A program made the translations under genes and the position numbers. Below, in pieces: positions 13,822-27,204 of a stretch of DNA of 64,000 bases. Each line of letters starts with the position of its first letter. Position 1 is the stretch's first letter. The DNA comes from Lama glama (taxonomy: Eukaryota): assembly GCA_028534125.1 (NCBI GenBank), contig CM052817.1, positions 51,586,001 through 51,650,000 on the forward strand. Direction: 5' to 3'. The notes below the pieces were generated by a model. That model ran no database searches and was not told where the DNA came from. It saw nothing but the letters and a program-made list of their open reading frames with translations.

Positions 13822-15032
13822 ATTGATGGTAGAAGACAGTGGTGTGATATGAACAGTTATAAGGAAATAGTGAGCCTAATAGGGCCTCTGCTGGTTCCAT
13901 TACAACACCTCAAATTCTTATGTCATTCATACATTTACATTAAGGAAGCTGAGAGGTTTCTGTAATGTACATATTGTATAAACTGGATGACACTTTAAAT
14001 CTTTTCTCTACTAACCATAGAGCTCAGATCGTATGTTATTTAAAAATCAGCTTGCAAGTCTTAATACTCTGGAAACTAATTTTGAAGGCAAAGTAGATAT
14101 GGAGAAGGGTCATGATTGTTCTTTTAATTGTATTTAAAGATAGAGAAATACTTTCACTTACTGGTATGAAAGATAGATGAAAATGATGAGGAAAGCACAA
14201 GAGGGTGTTGACTTTGAGTAAGTTAAGTGCAGTTATGGAAAATTTGTATATTTATCTAGTTCATCTATGATCATCAGTTACTTAGAAGAACCCAGCAGAC
14301 CAGGGACGAAGCAGAAAATCCCTATGCTGCAGTACTCTCCAAGGATGGGGACACAGAAGAACCAGAGCTCCTTGGAAGATAGAGAACACATTAACGTCAG
14401 TGCCGGGACAGACCCCAGAAGTTTCAGCACCCCTAGCAAATGGAAATCATTTAGTGAGATCTTTGGCCTTTCTCTGCTGGTTTGATTTCCAAAGATGGGT
14501 GATGTGAGAGTTACAGCTACTTGTTCAAAGTATTTTCAGATGGACTGTGAAATTTAAAATGAAGGGAAAAGTTAAGTTACATGATGGTTTTCAGAATCAG
14601 AACTTCACAAATCGAGCTCTGGCAGCTCTAAATCTGAGAAGCACAGACAGTGGGGTAAGAGCTGCCCCTGAACTTGCTGCAGGCTAGTCCTTTATAACAT
14701 ACTGACGACAGGCAGTGGGAAATGGATTCGTCAGGGTGGGAATGGTAGCCAGGTTACATAAAGAAGCAGAAGGAAAATGTTTACTTATGCTTCCCTTTTG
14801 GGCAGACCTAAGCAACAGTGACTCTGAGATGATTAGGACCAGAATAGTTTAGGTTTGGCATTTCCATAAAGTTTACTTCACAAGCTCAGCTTTCTTTAAT
14901 TATGGTAGAAACTTAGCCACTTAAAAAAAAGGTAAATATAAATGTTGGAAGAAAACATAGTGGGCCGTAGGATATGAAACAAAAGCTTAGAATTTCAGGT
15001 TTCATCTTTTGCTTTTAGTCTCAAAGATAACG

Positions 15033-15108
15033 TGCTGACTCTAGTGGATAACATGATACTGTGTGATTGAAATTTGCTAAGAGAGTAGAGCTTAAACGTT
15101 CTCACCAA
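15033..15108 (+). mobile_element. L1MA-type 3' UTR fragment
   Basis: ttgaaatttgctaagagagtagagcttaaacgttctcacc matches a recalled L1MA 3' UTR motif. Confidence 0.65.
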
Positions 15109-16736
15109 AAATAAATTTTAAAAGATATCACTGGAGATCTTGCAGCAGCCACTGTGCAAAATAAAATCTAGCATAGGGAGAATGGTCTGGAAAGCGTAGT
15201 GAAGAGCATGAGGGGCACATAGCCCATTTAGAAGCTCACTGGTAGCAGGGCCTGGGAGATAACCGTGACCCCTGGGCAGATAGTATCTGCAGGAGAGAAC
15301 TGTGTGTCTGCTAGAGCTAAAAGGTAAGGGAAATATGAAAAAAGATTCAGGATGCTGGAGATTTTACTGGTAACTTGAGGTAGGCTAAGAATCACAATAG
15401 TAAGTTTTCAGGTGATACCGAAGTTTTGAGATCAATAAAAGAGGGGATGAAGAGACTTACACAGAGAAGGTAATTCATGAGGTAAGGGATAAAATGTAGG
15501 TAAGGTGTGATAATATATGTAAAACACTTAGGACAGGACCTGGCATGTAGTAGGCACTCAATAAAAGGATTGACTTTTATTATATTGATAAGATTAAAAA
15601 AGTGATTTCCCACTGAGTTTTTGATTCTCATGACAGAATTATAATACATGTCAAAATGATTTGAAAGACGAGACTACGATTAATTATTGAGATTCCTTTC
15701 CAAAAATTTTAAACGGTGTAACAGTTGATTCAGTTGATGCTTGCTTCTAGGCAGAGTTTCAGTTACCTTAAAGAAAACAAATGCAAGATATGTGAAAGAT
15801 TCAAAAATGCTTCAAAATCTTCATGTAAAGGACTCCACTAAAAATATGATTTATCAGAACTAGGAATGATTCCATTTCAACTTCAATTTATATACTTAAT
15901 ATGTCTGGGGAATAGTTTATAAAGAAAGAGATTTCCCTTCCGTTTGTGGGCTTACAGAAATGAAAGCCTATCAAGAATATTTAGTTGCTTCTTAAGAACA
16001 GCATTTGTAACTTCTTATTGCTTTAGACTAGAGCCCTAAAATGTGGGTAGGGCAAACACATATGACATAAATCATCAGAATAAGCTCTCCCAAACGTCGT
16101 ATTTCCTCACCACAAATGACTGCCATTGTTTCAACCTCATCATAATTTAAGAATCCCTCTTTCTCTGCAGGCTTAGTGCCAAATCTGCATGGCAGTCTTG
16201 CTCACAGGACTCAAGACTTAGTTCTAATAGACCATCACACATCCGGCTTTTCAGAAGTCAGATTTTTTCCCCCCCAGATTTCACCAGTAGATTAATTTTG
16301 AAGTTTTGCATACAGGATACATATTGAAAAAGTTAGGTGTATTCATTTATGTCTCATGTTTATGATGTATCTGTTGATGTTTAAATGATTCATTATAAAA
16401 TCTATATAAAAAACTATAGCCTTTATATTTAAGATGTCTTTTAAAATGTTTATTGAAATTGATATAGTTCATGACATATTTGTTTCTTATACTTATTTTC
16501 TCTGTATGTTCACCTATCACTGGCAATGCCATGCTTACTGATATGGTAAGTAGTCTTAATAGCAACTACTGTTAATGATGGATTTGGTGCATTTTTAATA
16601 AGAAGCTTCAAGTATAGTGACATAATGACTACTTTCCCAAAGATGATTTTTAATTTTGCTCCTGTTGATTTTTACCGTCATTTTTGATGAAAATGCCATC
16701 GTGAGCTGGAAGGAATTTTACAGAGGAAAAAAATGA

Positions 16737-17497
16737 TTTATTTATTCATTTTAATGGAAGTATGGTCAGTTATAATATGTCAATTTCTGGTGTACAGCAT
16801 AATGTTTCAGTCATACATATAAATACATATATTTGTTTTCATATTCTTTTTCTTTATACATTACAAGATATTGAATATAGTCCCCTGTGCTATACAGAAG
16901 AAATTTGTTTTTTATCTGTTTTATATATAGTAGTTAGTATTTGCAAATCTCAAATGCCCAATTTATCGCTTCCCGCCTCCTTTCCCCCAGTTATGGTAAG
17001 TTTGTTTACTATGTCTGTGAGTCTGTTTCTGTTTTGTAGATAAGTTCATTAGTGTCTTCTTTTTTCTTCTTCTTTTTTTAATTCCACATGAGTGATATCT
17101 TATGGTATTTTTCTTTCCCTTTCTGACTTAATTCACTTAGAATGACAATCTCCAGATCATCCATGTTGCTGCAAATGGCATTATTCTATTCTTTTTATGG
17201 TTGAGTAGTATTCCATTGTAGAAATATGCCAGAGGTTCTTTATCCAGTCATCTGTCGATGGACATTTAAGTTGGTTCCATGGCTTGATTATTGTATATAG
17301 GGCTGCTATGAACATTGGGATGCCTGTGTGTTTTCAAATTTGAGTTCCCTCTGTATATATGCCCAGGAGTGAGATTGCTGGATCATATGATGATTCTGTC
17401 TTTCATTATTTGAAGAATCTTCATACAGTTTTCCATAATGGCTGCACCAAACTGCATTCCCACCAACAGTGTAGGAGGGTTCCCATTTCTCCACACC
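16737..17497 (-). mobile_element. 5'-truncated LINE-1 (ORF2 C-terminus plus 3' UTR)
   Basis: The minus strand translates to [25 protein letters not shown]...[11 protein letters not shown] (ORF2 Cys-rich end) followed by 3' UTR. Flanking near-direct repeat cagaggaaaaa(aa/g)tga at 16721-16736 and 17498-17512. Confidence 0.93.
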
Positions 17498-17744
17498 CAG
17501 AGGAAAAAGTGAAAATGTTCCCATGGACAATTTATTATTTAGTTTTGTCCATCTTTGATTAAAAAGTGGGATGGTACAAAGCCAGGTGGCACTTAGTTCA
17601 GCCCAGTATGGGTTTTCCTTGAGAAACCAAAAGGAAGGTTGGAGAGAGAGTGGAGCCAAATTTCTTCTTGGGAAAGAAGGCTGGCAGACCCAGAATCCTT
17701 TCAGGAATAAAGAGCCAGAATCCCTTCAAGGATAAAGATAATAG

Positions 17745-17950
17745 GAGGCTGGGAGACAGACTTGTCAGTGAGCAGAACTGGGTGTGAATCTCAGCTTTGT
17801 TCTTGGGTATATTTCAGGAGTACAGTTTACTTAAGTATAAAATGAAGATGATATTATTTAACCTCATGGGTTTCTTGAGAGTTTTAACTGATGAAATTTA
17901 ATTAAAGTGTATCTTAAATTGCCCAGAACTTTGAAGACACAATAATTAGT
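17745..17950 (+). mobile_element. MIR SINE (degenerate)
   Basis: ctgggtgtgaatctcagct...tataaaatgaagatgata...acctcatgggtttcttgagag. Confidence 0.5.
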
Positions 17951-18069
17951 AAATAAATAACTGAAAGTTATGCTTTGAGTCTCTTGGTAGTATCTTGGTA
18001 CCCTAAGAACCCAGCCAAAGTCAGTCGACAAAGATGTCTGGAATCTTGTGTGTTGGATGCTGAGTGTGG

Positions 18070-18720
18070 AGGACAGTCTTCTCTTCTCCATGCACACTCT
18101 TTCCCATGGAGATTTTATTAAGTCCCATGGCCTTAAATACCCTTAATTTCAGCCCAGACTTCTCTCTCGAACTCCGGACTCATCTATCCAGCTGTATGGT
18201 TGACATCTCCACTTGAATGTCTCATACTTCTCAAACGTAATATGTCCCAAACTGAATTCTCCATCTTCCCCTGAAAACCTGCACCATCTGCAAACTTCTC
18301 TATATCTGATAAGGACAATTTCACCCTTTTAGTTCCTCAAATCATGCTTTACTCCTGTCTTCATCTGATATCCCACATCAGATAAGTCAGCAAATGCTGT
18401 TTTATCTACCTGCAGTTACATGTAGCATCCAGTGGTTTCACACCACTTCCACTACTACCACCCTGAACCAAACCAGCATCATCCTTCTGGTGGATGATTT
18501 AATCTCTTAACTGTTCTCCTTGTTTTCCCTCTTTATCCATTAGTTAGTTCTCAAGACAGAAGCGACAGTGATCCATTAAAATTGTATTGTCATTTCTCTG
18601 AGTAAAAGTGAAAGTTTTTGCAACAGCTTTCAAAGCCCTCTGTGATCTGTTGCCCACTACCCATCTGATCACATGCCCTAATGCACTTACTTTCACTAAC
18701 TCTGCTCCAGCCACTGTGGC
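18070..18720 (+). mobile_element. LINE-2 fragment
   Basis: gtcccatggccttaaatac...cagcccagacttctctctcgaactccggactc...gacatctccacttgaatgtc...atgtcccaaactgaattc. Confidence 0.8.
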
Positions 18721-18721
18721 T

Positions 18722-18879
18722 TTTCTTATAAGGCCACTAGTCTCATCATGATGGCCCCACCCTCATGACCTTACCCATTTAGTTACCTCCCATAGGTCCC
18801 ACCCCCTCATACTATCACATTGAAAGTTGGGACTTAAGCATAGAAATTTTGAGGGGACCCAAACATATCATCCATAACA
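18722..18879 (-). mobile_element. MaLR LTR fragment (MLT1A-like)
   Basis: cttataaggccactagtc...ccccaccctcatgacc...acctcccataggtcccacc...ttttgaggggacccaaacat...tccataaca. Confidence 0.75.
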
Positions 18880-19979
18880 AATGCTCTCCTTTCAATATCA
18901 GTGTTGTAAATTTCATGCTGAAAAATATGTCAATTTGGTAGGTTCATGATGTTAGAAAAGAAAAAAGAAACATAAAATGTGAGGTTCTATAACATACTCC
19001 ACATGCTTTCATAGGCCTTTATCACCTGTAACTTTTAGATTAGTCATTCATATTATTCAAACTGTAGTTTCTTAAAGAAATTTCCCTTAAATTGTGATGT
19101 TATGCTACAAAATTGTAAGAAAATTATTATATCCTACATGTCTAGAATCTCACAGATACAAAGATTATCTAACTTTTGAGATTTTTTTATATATATTTAA
19201 GGATGGAAAAATTATCATGGGCCAAATTTTAGCCTTATAAAAGTTTATTCCTGATTGTACTAAAGGGATAAACCTTATAAATACTGACAGTCTCTTAACG
19301 TTTTGCGTTCTAATGGAGTGAAAATTTTGAATTTGTTTATCTCAGTTCAGACTTGCCCTAAATATGGAGTGTGTGAAATTAATCAAGATAATTGGGAGAT
19401 ATTCAAGCTAACACAAGTGAAAGAGGTGAAGTCTAACAGCAACCATCACAACAAAACACTTTCTGTGGCATATGGTTCTATGAGATTGATTTTTGTTTAA
19501 AAGTGAGTTCTTATCCTTCTGAGAATAATTTAATAATATATTTGAAAAAGTATAACATTGGAATCAGGGGCCAAAACTTGAGTCCAAAATTTCTATGTGA
19601 TTTTAGGCAGGTTATTTAATCTTTCTGTCTTTGTTAAATAGTTAAAAGTCCTGAATATGGTTCCTTCATATTAACACTTGAGTAAGAGTAAAAGACAAAG
19701 CTTCATTAAAACTAACCTAAAATCTAAATTAAGAAAGACATTCATCCTTCAGTGGAAAAACAAAAAGAGGTAAGAAGAATGACTGCTGATTATACAAACC
19801 TAGTATGTGCATGGATTATGTCTGGCATGTGACTGTCACTTGTAAGGTCATTTCCAATTCTACAGTCTTGTGAGATATAAATCTATTCTGAATTGAAATG
19901 GATAGACAGAGGTAACTCTAACCTTGATGACCATTGGCATATTAATTACAGTATTCATCATATTAGTTTTAAAGAGCTG

Positions 19980-20245
19980 TCATTTGTTAAGTGTGTGTTC
20001 TCTGCCAAGCACACACTACACATAGATGGGTGTGTGTGTTATACACCGTACATATCGATATTTATATTTATATCTACGTATTCCAATTAAACCCTTGCAA
20101 ATAGCCATAAAGGAGCTACTATTTTATAGATGAGGAAATTTAGTCTCAGGGTTGTAAAGTATCAACTCAAGGGTCTTATGGACACAATGTGAAATTGCTG
20201 TGATTTGAACTCAAGTCTATGTGACATCATAAGTCTATGCTTATC
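19980..20245 (-). mobile_element. MIR SINE (degenerate)
   Basis: attttatagatgaggaaatt...gatttgaactcaagtct. Confidence 0.65.
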
Positions 20246-20489
20246 TAATCAAAGAGGAGCTATTATGTGGTCATAGACTGAAAGAGTTAAAAACAGGCAC
20301 CGTGGAGAACACAGTAAGGAGAAAAAAGTAGTGAATAAGGTTCTGCTAATAGCAGTCTCCATTACCTGAGATTGCATAGAATACACTTGAAATGTTCTCC
20401 ACAATCCTCAAAGCTGAGGATGGTTAAACAGAGAATGTCTATTATCCAGGAACCAGAAAGCTAGTGCCTCAAGGCCTTCTCTCAGCAGA

Positions 20490-20715
20490 GCAATGGTGAG
20501 AAAGCTTACCAGACACACCTGTGCTGAACTGCCGGCTTCTTTACTTACTGGCTGGTTTTAAGAACTTAGGCACATTGCTTAGCCTTGTACCTATAAAATG
20601 GAATTGTTAATAGCACTGACTTATTATTATTATTGTCCTAATTAAATGCTCTGGATCTGTGTAGAGTTTCAGTCACTCACTGGCACTAGTGGACATGCTA
20701 AATATATGTCAGTTT
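20490..20715 (+). mobile_element. MIR SINE (degenerate)
   Basis: acttaggcacattgcttagcct...ctataaaatgg...taatagcac. Confidence 0.5.
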
Positions 20716-23700
20716 GTTTTTTAGTATGGCTACTGTAATTGTGATCTCTATGTCATGTAATTATAAAAGAGAATTTTTGGTGAGATGATGGCAGAATGGT
20801 AATCATAAAGTGACAGTGGAAAAGGAATATACTTTGAAACATAATCTAATTTGGATTAAGATTATAACTTTAAGGTCTAATCTTCCATTTCACAAAATAA
20901 AGAACCTGCTTTCTAATCATCTCTGAGATCAGCCATATAGAGTTGTTTTTCTGGCTTCCTTTTTCTTCCTGCTCTGACTTTTGAAAAAGGCCAAGCCCCA
21001 TTCTGATTTTGAAATTGAGATCACCCGATAGGTAGGACATAAAAATAAACTCTGGGAATGACTGAGTAATTCCATAGTACTGATCACATTAAACTAAGAA
21101 GAAAAAATTATGTGAGCTAAACCTCGACAAATAAAGATAATGTACTATATAATGCTATGAACTATATTTGAGCTTTTTGCCGGCTCAAAATTTCTAGAAA
21201 TAAGGTACAGTATTAAAAGACAGTCTTTACCAGGTTTTTTGGAGATGAATCTCCCATTCTGTGAATAAAGAATTTTGCCCCTAATGTTGACATCTGAAAT
21301 TGTTTAATTTCAGGCCCAGTAGGGCACTTGCACACTGAAAATTAGGGGCAAATAGATGACTGCTTCTGCCAAATTAACTGCACTAGCAACTTGCTTTTGC
21401 TAACTTGCAGACTTTCAATTTAAAACAACAACATTTCATAGATATGGATTGAACATTTGCAAAATGGCTTGATTCAGTTTAATTCTTAGTGTACAATTTG
21501 GAGAAAACTGGTTTAGAACAATTGCATGTCTTATGTGTTCTCTACACTGCCTTCATTGTATTTATATTTATATCCATATAAACCAACTATAGCCTATATT
21601 CAAGTATACTTTCTTACAAATAATCAAGGCAATTTTTAAATATCTCTTTTGTTTTAATGCAAATTATAGATTTTAAATGCTTATTACAGTTAATCTCTCT
21701 ATTTCTATGCTTTTTAAAGAACTGCATTGTTAACATTTTAGTTAAACTCAAATTATAATCAATCTAGGGAGTAATTCTCTGGACTGAGGAGTAAGTTTTC
21801 CTTTGTTGTAGTTATTGTTTGATTTTTAAGGAGAAAATTATCACTAATGCATTTAAACTACATATAATGGCTTATTCTTTATTCCAAAACAGCACATACT
21901 TAATCTGTATGTTTTCATTACATCAAAGTAGATGTAATTTTGTTTCATAGGTGGTATCATCTTCTGAATTTGTGAAGTAAGAGGTAATGCCGAGTTGTCC
22001 AAGGAGAAATGTTCATAACAAAGCACTGTTTTTACCACAGCAGTCTAGGTCAAGACCCTGAGCCTAACCTTGCCTACATTTGCATAACAAATATTGTGTT
22101 GGATTCTTTTGTCCTTTCATGTAAGGTTTATTGCATTACCTGGAACATACTTACTTCATGATTCATAACTAGACTTATTTTATGACCATACAGACATGAG
22201 TTAAACAAACTGGCTTTCATTACCTGATTCTAATAATAATGGATACTTCAAATCTAATACATAAGCCATATACACTTTTCTTTCAATTACAAGACATCAT
22301 CCAGCTTAATATTTAAATGGTACATCCCTCTTAGCAAGACAATACACATTCATGTTATCACGAATAATGTTCAGAAAAGCACATGGATTAAACCATTCAA
22401 TAATGAAGAAAAACACTATAAGCTGACACAAGATTATTTCATGATATTTTATCAATGTTTAATTTTCGATATGAAATGAAGTGAAAAGGCCTAGATATTG
22501 TCAGATTTAATTAATTTGTACAGAACAGCTGTCCTTGCCTATGGTGAGGGAGTGGGGTTCTTTTATACCTTTTAATTTAGGAAAGATAATGTATGTTTTA
22601 TTATCAATAAACAAATGCTAAACTTTGTGTCTTCGTCTTTAGTGAAATAGCATTCACCCATAGAATTCCCCTTTCATACACATTAAAATTCATTCTCAAA
22701 AAGGTTTCTGACTTTTCTCTAAGCTTATAAAATAATTATAGACATTAATTTTGCTTGTGAAGATACAAAAGAATTATACATTCTGGATAGCCAATTAACC
22801 CACAAAAATATGTTGAACATACTTGCAGGGCTTAGTGCTAAATTTTGGGTACTCTGAAAGGAATGTGTAAAAATCTGTTTTCTCAATGTTTTGTAGTTCA
22901 GCCATCCCCTGGATTTTTTGGCTCTAATTAGGGCTTTTACCAGTTGAAGGCATAATAAAATAAAGGTTTACCATTTAAAATTAAAAAGTCATTTAATTTG
23001 ATTAAACTTAATTTCCATTTTGTTTTTCGAAAGTAGCCCATATTCACTGAGAAATGGATTCACCAAACATATCTGATAGCTGATACTTCCTTACTTAAAA
23101 AGAATTTAAATTATGAAAGACTGTTCAAAAGTACCACTTGTTCGTAAGAACAGGGACATAACATAACTACACAGTATTTGCTGATGTCAAGATTAATTCT
23201 TATTCAGATGGATACCTGCTGTGTGTGTCTATGAAAAAGTAAAGATAATGTCTGAGAGTAGAAAAGGTAGGATGAGTAATTCAAACATATTTTCTATTAA
23301 CTTTTTCTAACCTTTTAAAGTATGCCTTTCAAGTCTGTGCATTATAACAACATAAATACTTCTTTTAAACTCTTGAATATTTAATTGAAATTTTAAATTA
23401 ATTTTACCTAATTAATTTTTTAGTGAAGTGGAAGGTATGTAACCAAATATCTGAAGCGTTTTGCGCACTCACACACATTCTCATACACATCCTGTACACA
23501 TTATTACTGAAGCATGCTGATACTTGTTTGGGGGAGGAAAACTGCTCAGCATCTTTGTAATTATAGGGATAAAAAAGTATCCAGGAAATTAATAATTAAA
23601 ATACAACTTTAAAATTATCTGTAGCAATTTATTATTGTAGAGGAATCCAGTCAATCAACAATTAAAGGAAAATTATAGCCTCTTCTTTGAGAGAGACCAT

Positions 23701-24604
23701 GAATTCTATTATTTTCAGTAAATGTTCATCCTTGTATAGGTTGGTTATAGAAGTCTTTGAAGAGTTATTGAAATTTTGTAGTTTTTATTTTAATGGAGGT
23801 TCAATTAGATAAATATAAAATGGTAGTATTGTGATTTACAGCTGTACACAGTTTAAAGGCCATGTATCAGTCCATTCCAAACCACAGAGTGCTTTATGTG
23901 TTTGTTACTGTATCTCAAGCATGTCCATGTTGTCAAAGTGGAGGAACATATCATATCACTGCAGAATGTCTTTTCATGAGTACTCTGCAGGACTCTTGGT
24001 ATTTAAACTTGTGAAATTGAAATTAGTTTAGCTTAACTGTTTTATCTTGGAAAAACATACCATTGTTAACAAAGTAATAATTCAATCAACATGCTTTACT
24101 TGAGCATGAAAGACATTCCATCCTCGCTCATTTGGTAAACTGGTTTTACCTATACATATTTTCTTCAGTATATTTTACATTTTAAGTATCTTCTAACTTT
24201 GCTAGCTATTAGTTATGAAGTATATAAGTTCTAATTTAAGTAGGAGGTGATATTGGTGCATAATATATTTTTTAATAAATTTAAGGATATTCTACTGTTT
24301 GATGAACTCTTACAGGAGCTGTCTTACCCTAGACTATGAGAGGGAGTTCAATTCAATTCAGTATTAGAATTGATCATTGACACTACAGAATATAGCACTT
24401 CTATAAAAGACAGATTTAGAAACAAAAAATGTGAAAGTAATACAATTCTAAACAATTTTTAAAGTCATACATCTATAGTTTGTTTATAATTTATAATATA
24501 AAATGTATTTTATAAATGTATAAAATTCATAATTTTATTTGTAATTATAATTTATAACATATATATATATATAATGTCTTTTACTGAAAGACCACAGTTT
24601 TTGT

Positions 24605-24608
<4 letters not shown>

Positions 24609-24637
<29 letters not shown>
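24609..24637. repeat. (AC)14 microsatellite, preceded by an AT-rich low-complexity tract (about 24480-24575)
   Basis: Direct reading. Confidence 0.95.
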
Positions 24638-24639
<2 letters not shown>

Positions 24640-26229
24640 ATGCTATTTTTAAATCGTCATTTTGAGTGTCTTTAAAATTGTTTGTGTTAATACTGAACAA
24701 AATTAAACAGTTAATGAATGTCTAAATATGTGCCAGACAACATGCAAGCAATTGCCACACATGACTGAGTTATTTAATGGCTTAATGACAATGAATATGT
24801 TTTAATGTCCAGTGTCCAGTACAGTTCATGACACATAAGTTTGGTTCATCACAGATATTGAGTGAATGAATATATAAAGGATATGTAGCAATTAATTTTA
24901 CTCTCTATTTATAAACATTATATAATTCTTTGAGCTTCTATAAATACTTGCTGAGCCTAAATTATATAGAGACATGGAGAGAGATTTAATGTATTTATCA
25001 ATTGTATTCTTGTTCTTCTTTGATATTGTTTTTTAATATTCAGAGTAGCCTTATTGCTTTCAATTATGTAAACTTATATTCTAATTAGCTTATTCTAAAT
25101 TCTAAAATAGAATCTTTCTCTTGTTTCTGTTTGTAAGCTTTCAAAAACTTAACCTAGTTTAAAATCTACTTTAATATATCAGTGCTTTAACACAATGCCT
25201 ATTTTTCCTACTTAGCATATATTTTAAATATAAGGAGAAATCTGCTGTTATTGTTAAATTTTGGTATACATATTATTCCATAATTTTTGAGTTGTGATTT
25301 TCTGATTGCATGTTGTGTTATGCAGTTTTTCTCAATTAACACATCTTCTAAATTTCGACTAGCCTGTCTTGTGGGCACCTCATTTTGAAAAATCTCTTTA
25401 AAAAGCAAATTTGACACAGCTGATATCCTCTGACAATTCACATATGATAGAACTATGGTAAAAATCTTGTTCATAGTGATTTTCTGTCATTCTTAATAAA
25501 GCATAATTAGATAAATCCAATAACATTTTTGAAGGTTAATTATGTCTTGAACTCTATTGACAATAGTCTGTGTGCAGTTTTATTCCCATTTCCTTTTATA
25601 TATGTTTTTAAATGATCTGTATATTTTAATTCTAGTGGGGGTAATTAGGTATTATATATTAAAAAGCAGTAAACAACTAAAAAGTAAATAGTAAATAGTA
25701 ACAAATAAACAGTAAAAAATAAAACAAGTAAAGAATGAAAAACAGTATATTTTATATTACTTCTAAATTTTTTTTCTTGGTGACCATGCTTCTGAAGTAC
25801 TGACTAGAATTGTAAAATGAATTCACTTGGGTATCCCCAGAGTGATGGACCTTTAAGGCTAAAATATATTGGAAACATTAAAAATAATTTAATTGTCCAT
25901 AAATAGTTGAAAAAATTCTAACTTGTCACCTTAACCATTTTTCGTAACTTTGAGGACTTTTTAAAAAATCCTAATCAGAGTGGGCAGCACCTTTTCGCAG
26001 TTTTAACAAATGACAGCCTTTATTCATTTGAATATTGATGACATGCTTTTTTCTGTTTAGATTTTTAAAACTGTATTTTAATTGACATCTATAACATCCT
26101 TGTTTTTAAAGCGATCAGTATGAGAGCTAGTGTTGATAGTTTGTGCAAAACTTGTAAAGCAGTGTGTGAAGATGTAAGGTTATTTTTCACTTGTAGAACT
26201 TAATATTTAAACAATTACAGTTAACCAGC

Positions 26230-26590
26230 TTTTATTAAGTTCCTGTTATATCATTTAAACCCTGAGACAGACACAGATATATTATTCATACCAATAAGTA
26301 CTGATGAATATGTACTCAGTACAAAAAACTATGTTCCATAGAATGAAAATCAAATGAGCAGTTTCCATTGTCCAAGATGTTTATACAAACTGGGAGTAGT
26401 TGAGAACTCATACACATGAAACTATGACAAAATACTTTCTGTCTTCCATAAAAGAGGTGCTAAGTAAATAGTTCAAAGATCTAAAGGATGTGTAAAGGAA
26501 GAATATGTAATCATGGAATTCAGCACAAGCATCATGGAAAAGGTAGTGCTTATAAAATGAGTCTTGAAGCATGAACAGAATAGGATTACT
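26230..26590 (-). mobile_element. LINE-2 fragment (degenerate)
   Basis: tttattaagttcctg...catcatggaaaaggtag...tgagtcttgaagcatgaacag. Confidence 0.45.
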
Positions 26591-27050
26591 AAAAATAGTT
26601 TCCTTCCCTCCAGAGGACTGCTAAAATAGCCTCCTGAAACCTGTTAACATAGGATGCAGTGTTTGGTCTCCTATTCCTTGTCCAGCTTACAGGGATTTGC
26701 ATAATATTTTCAAATAATATTTAGGTAATGTACAAGTGTCATATGAAACAACTTTGCTCCAGAGCTTCCTTTATTTTTGAATCAAACTTATCAAGTTGGG
26801 ATTTACAGAAATTTTACTGCTTACCTAAATAATTATTTGTTGAATATTGCCCTGATTAAAATGTAAAAAGTCAATTTTGCCTTTTTTTTTTTTACTATTA
26901 TTTATTTTCTGTTTCTCAAATATGTTGTGGCTTCAGGGTATAGAGTAGAATTTTTACTTTCTCACCACAGTACAAATATTCCTTGCCACAGTGCTTAACA
27001 GAAAGAGCGCCTTCAAAAAATAATACATGCAGTGTCTTCTAAATGCATTC

Positions 27051-27204
27051 GGGCAGAGGGTGTAGCTCAGTGGTAGACTGTGTGCTTAGCATGCACGATG
27101 TCCCCAGTACATCCATTGATGGGTTTAATCCTCAGTACCTCCATTTAAAATATATATATATACATATATATATATATAAAAACGTGATTACCTCTCCCCC
27201 CACA
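27051..27204 (+). mobile_element. tRNA-Ala-derived SINE (Vic-1 type) with an internal duplication and (TA)n linker
   Basis: gagggtgtagctcagtggtaga...cttagcatgcacga. TSD aa(a/g)tgcattc at 27041-27050 and 27205-27214. Confidence 0.88.

Noticed and set aside
17306..17659. 117-aa minus-strand ORF
   Set aside because: An off-frame reading of the L1 ORF2 3' end plus flank.
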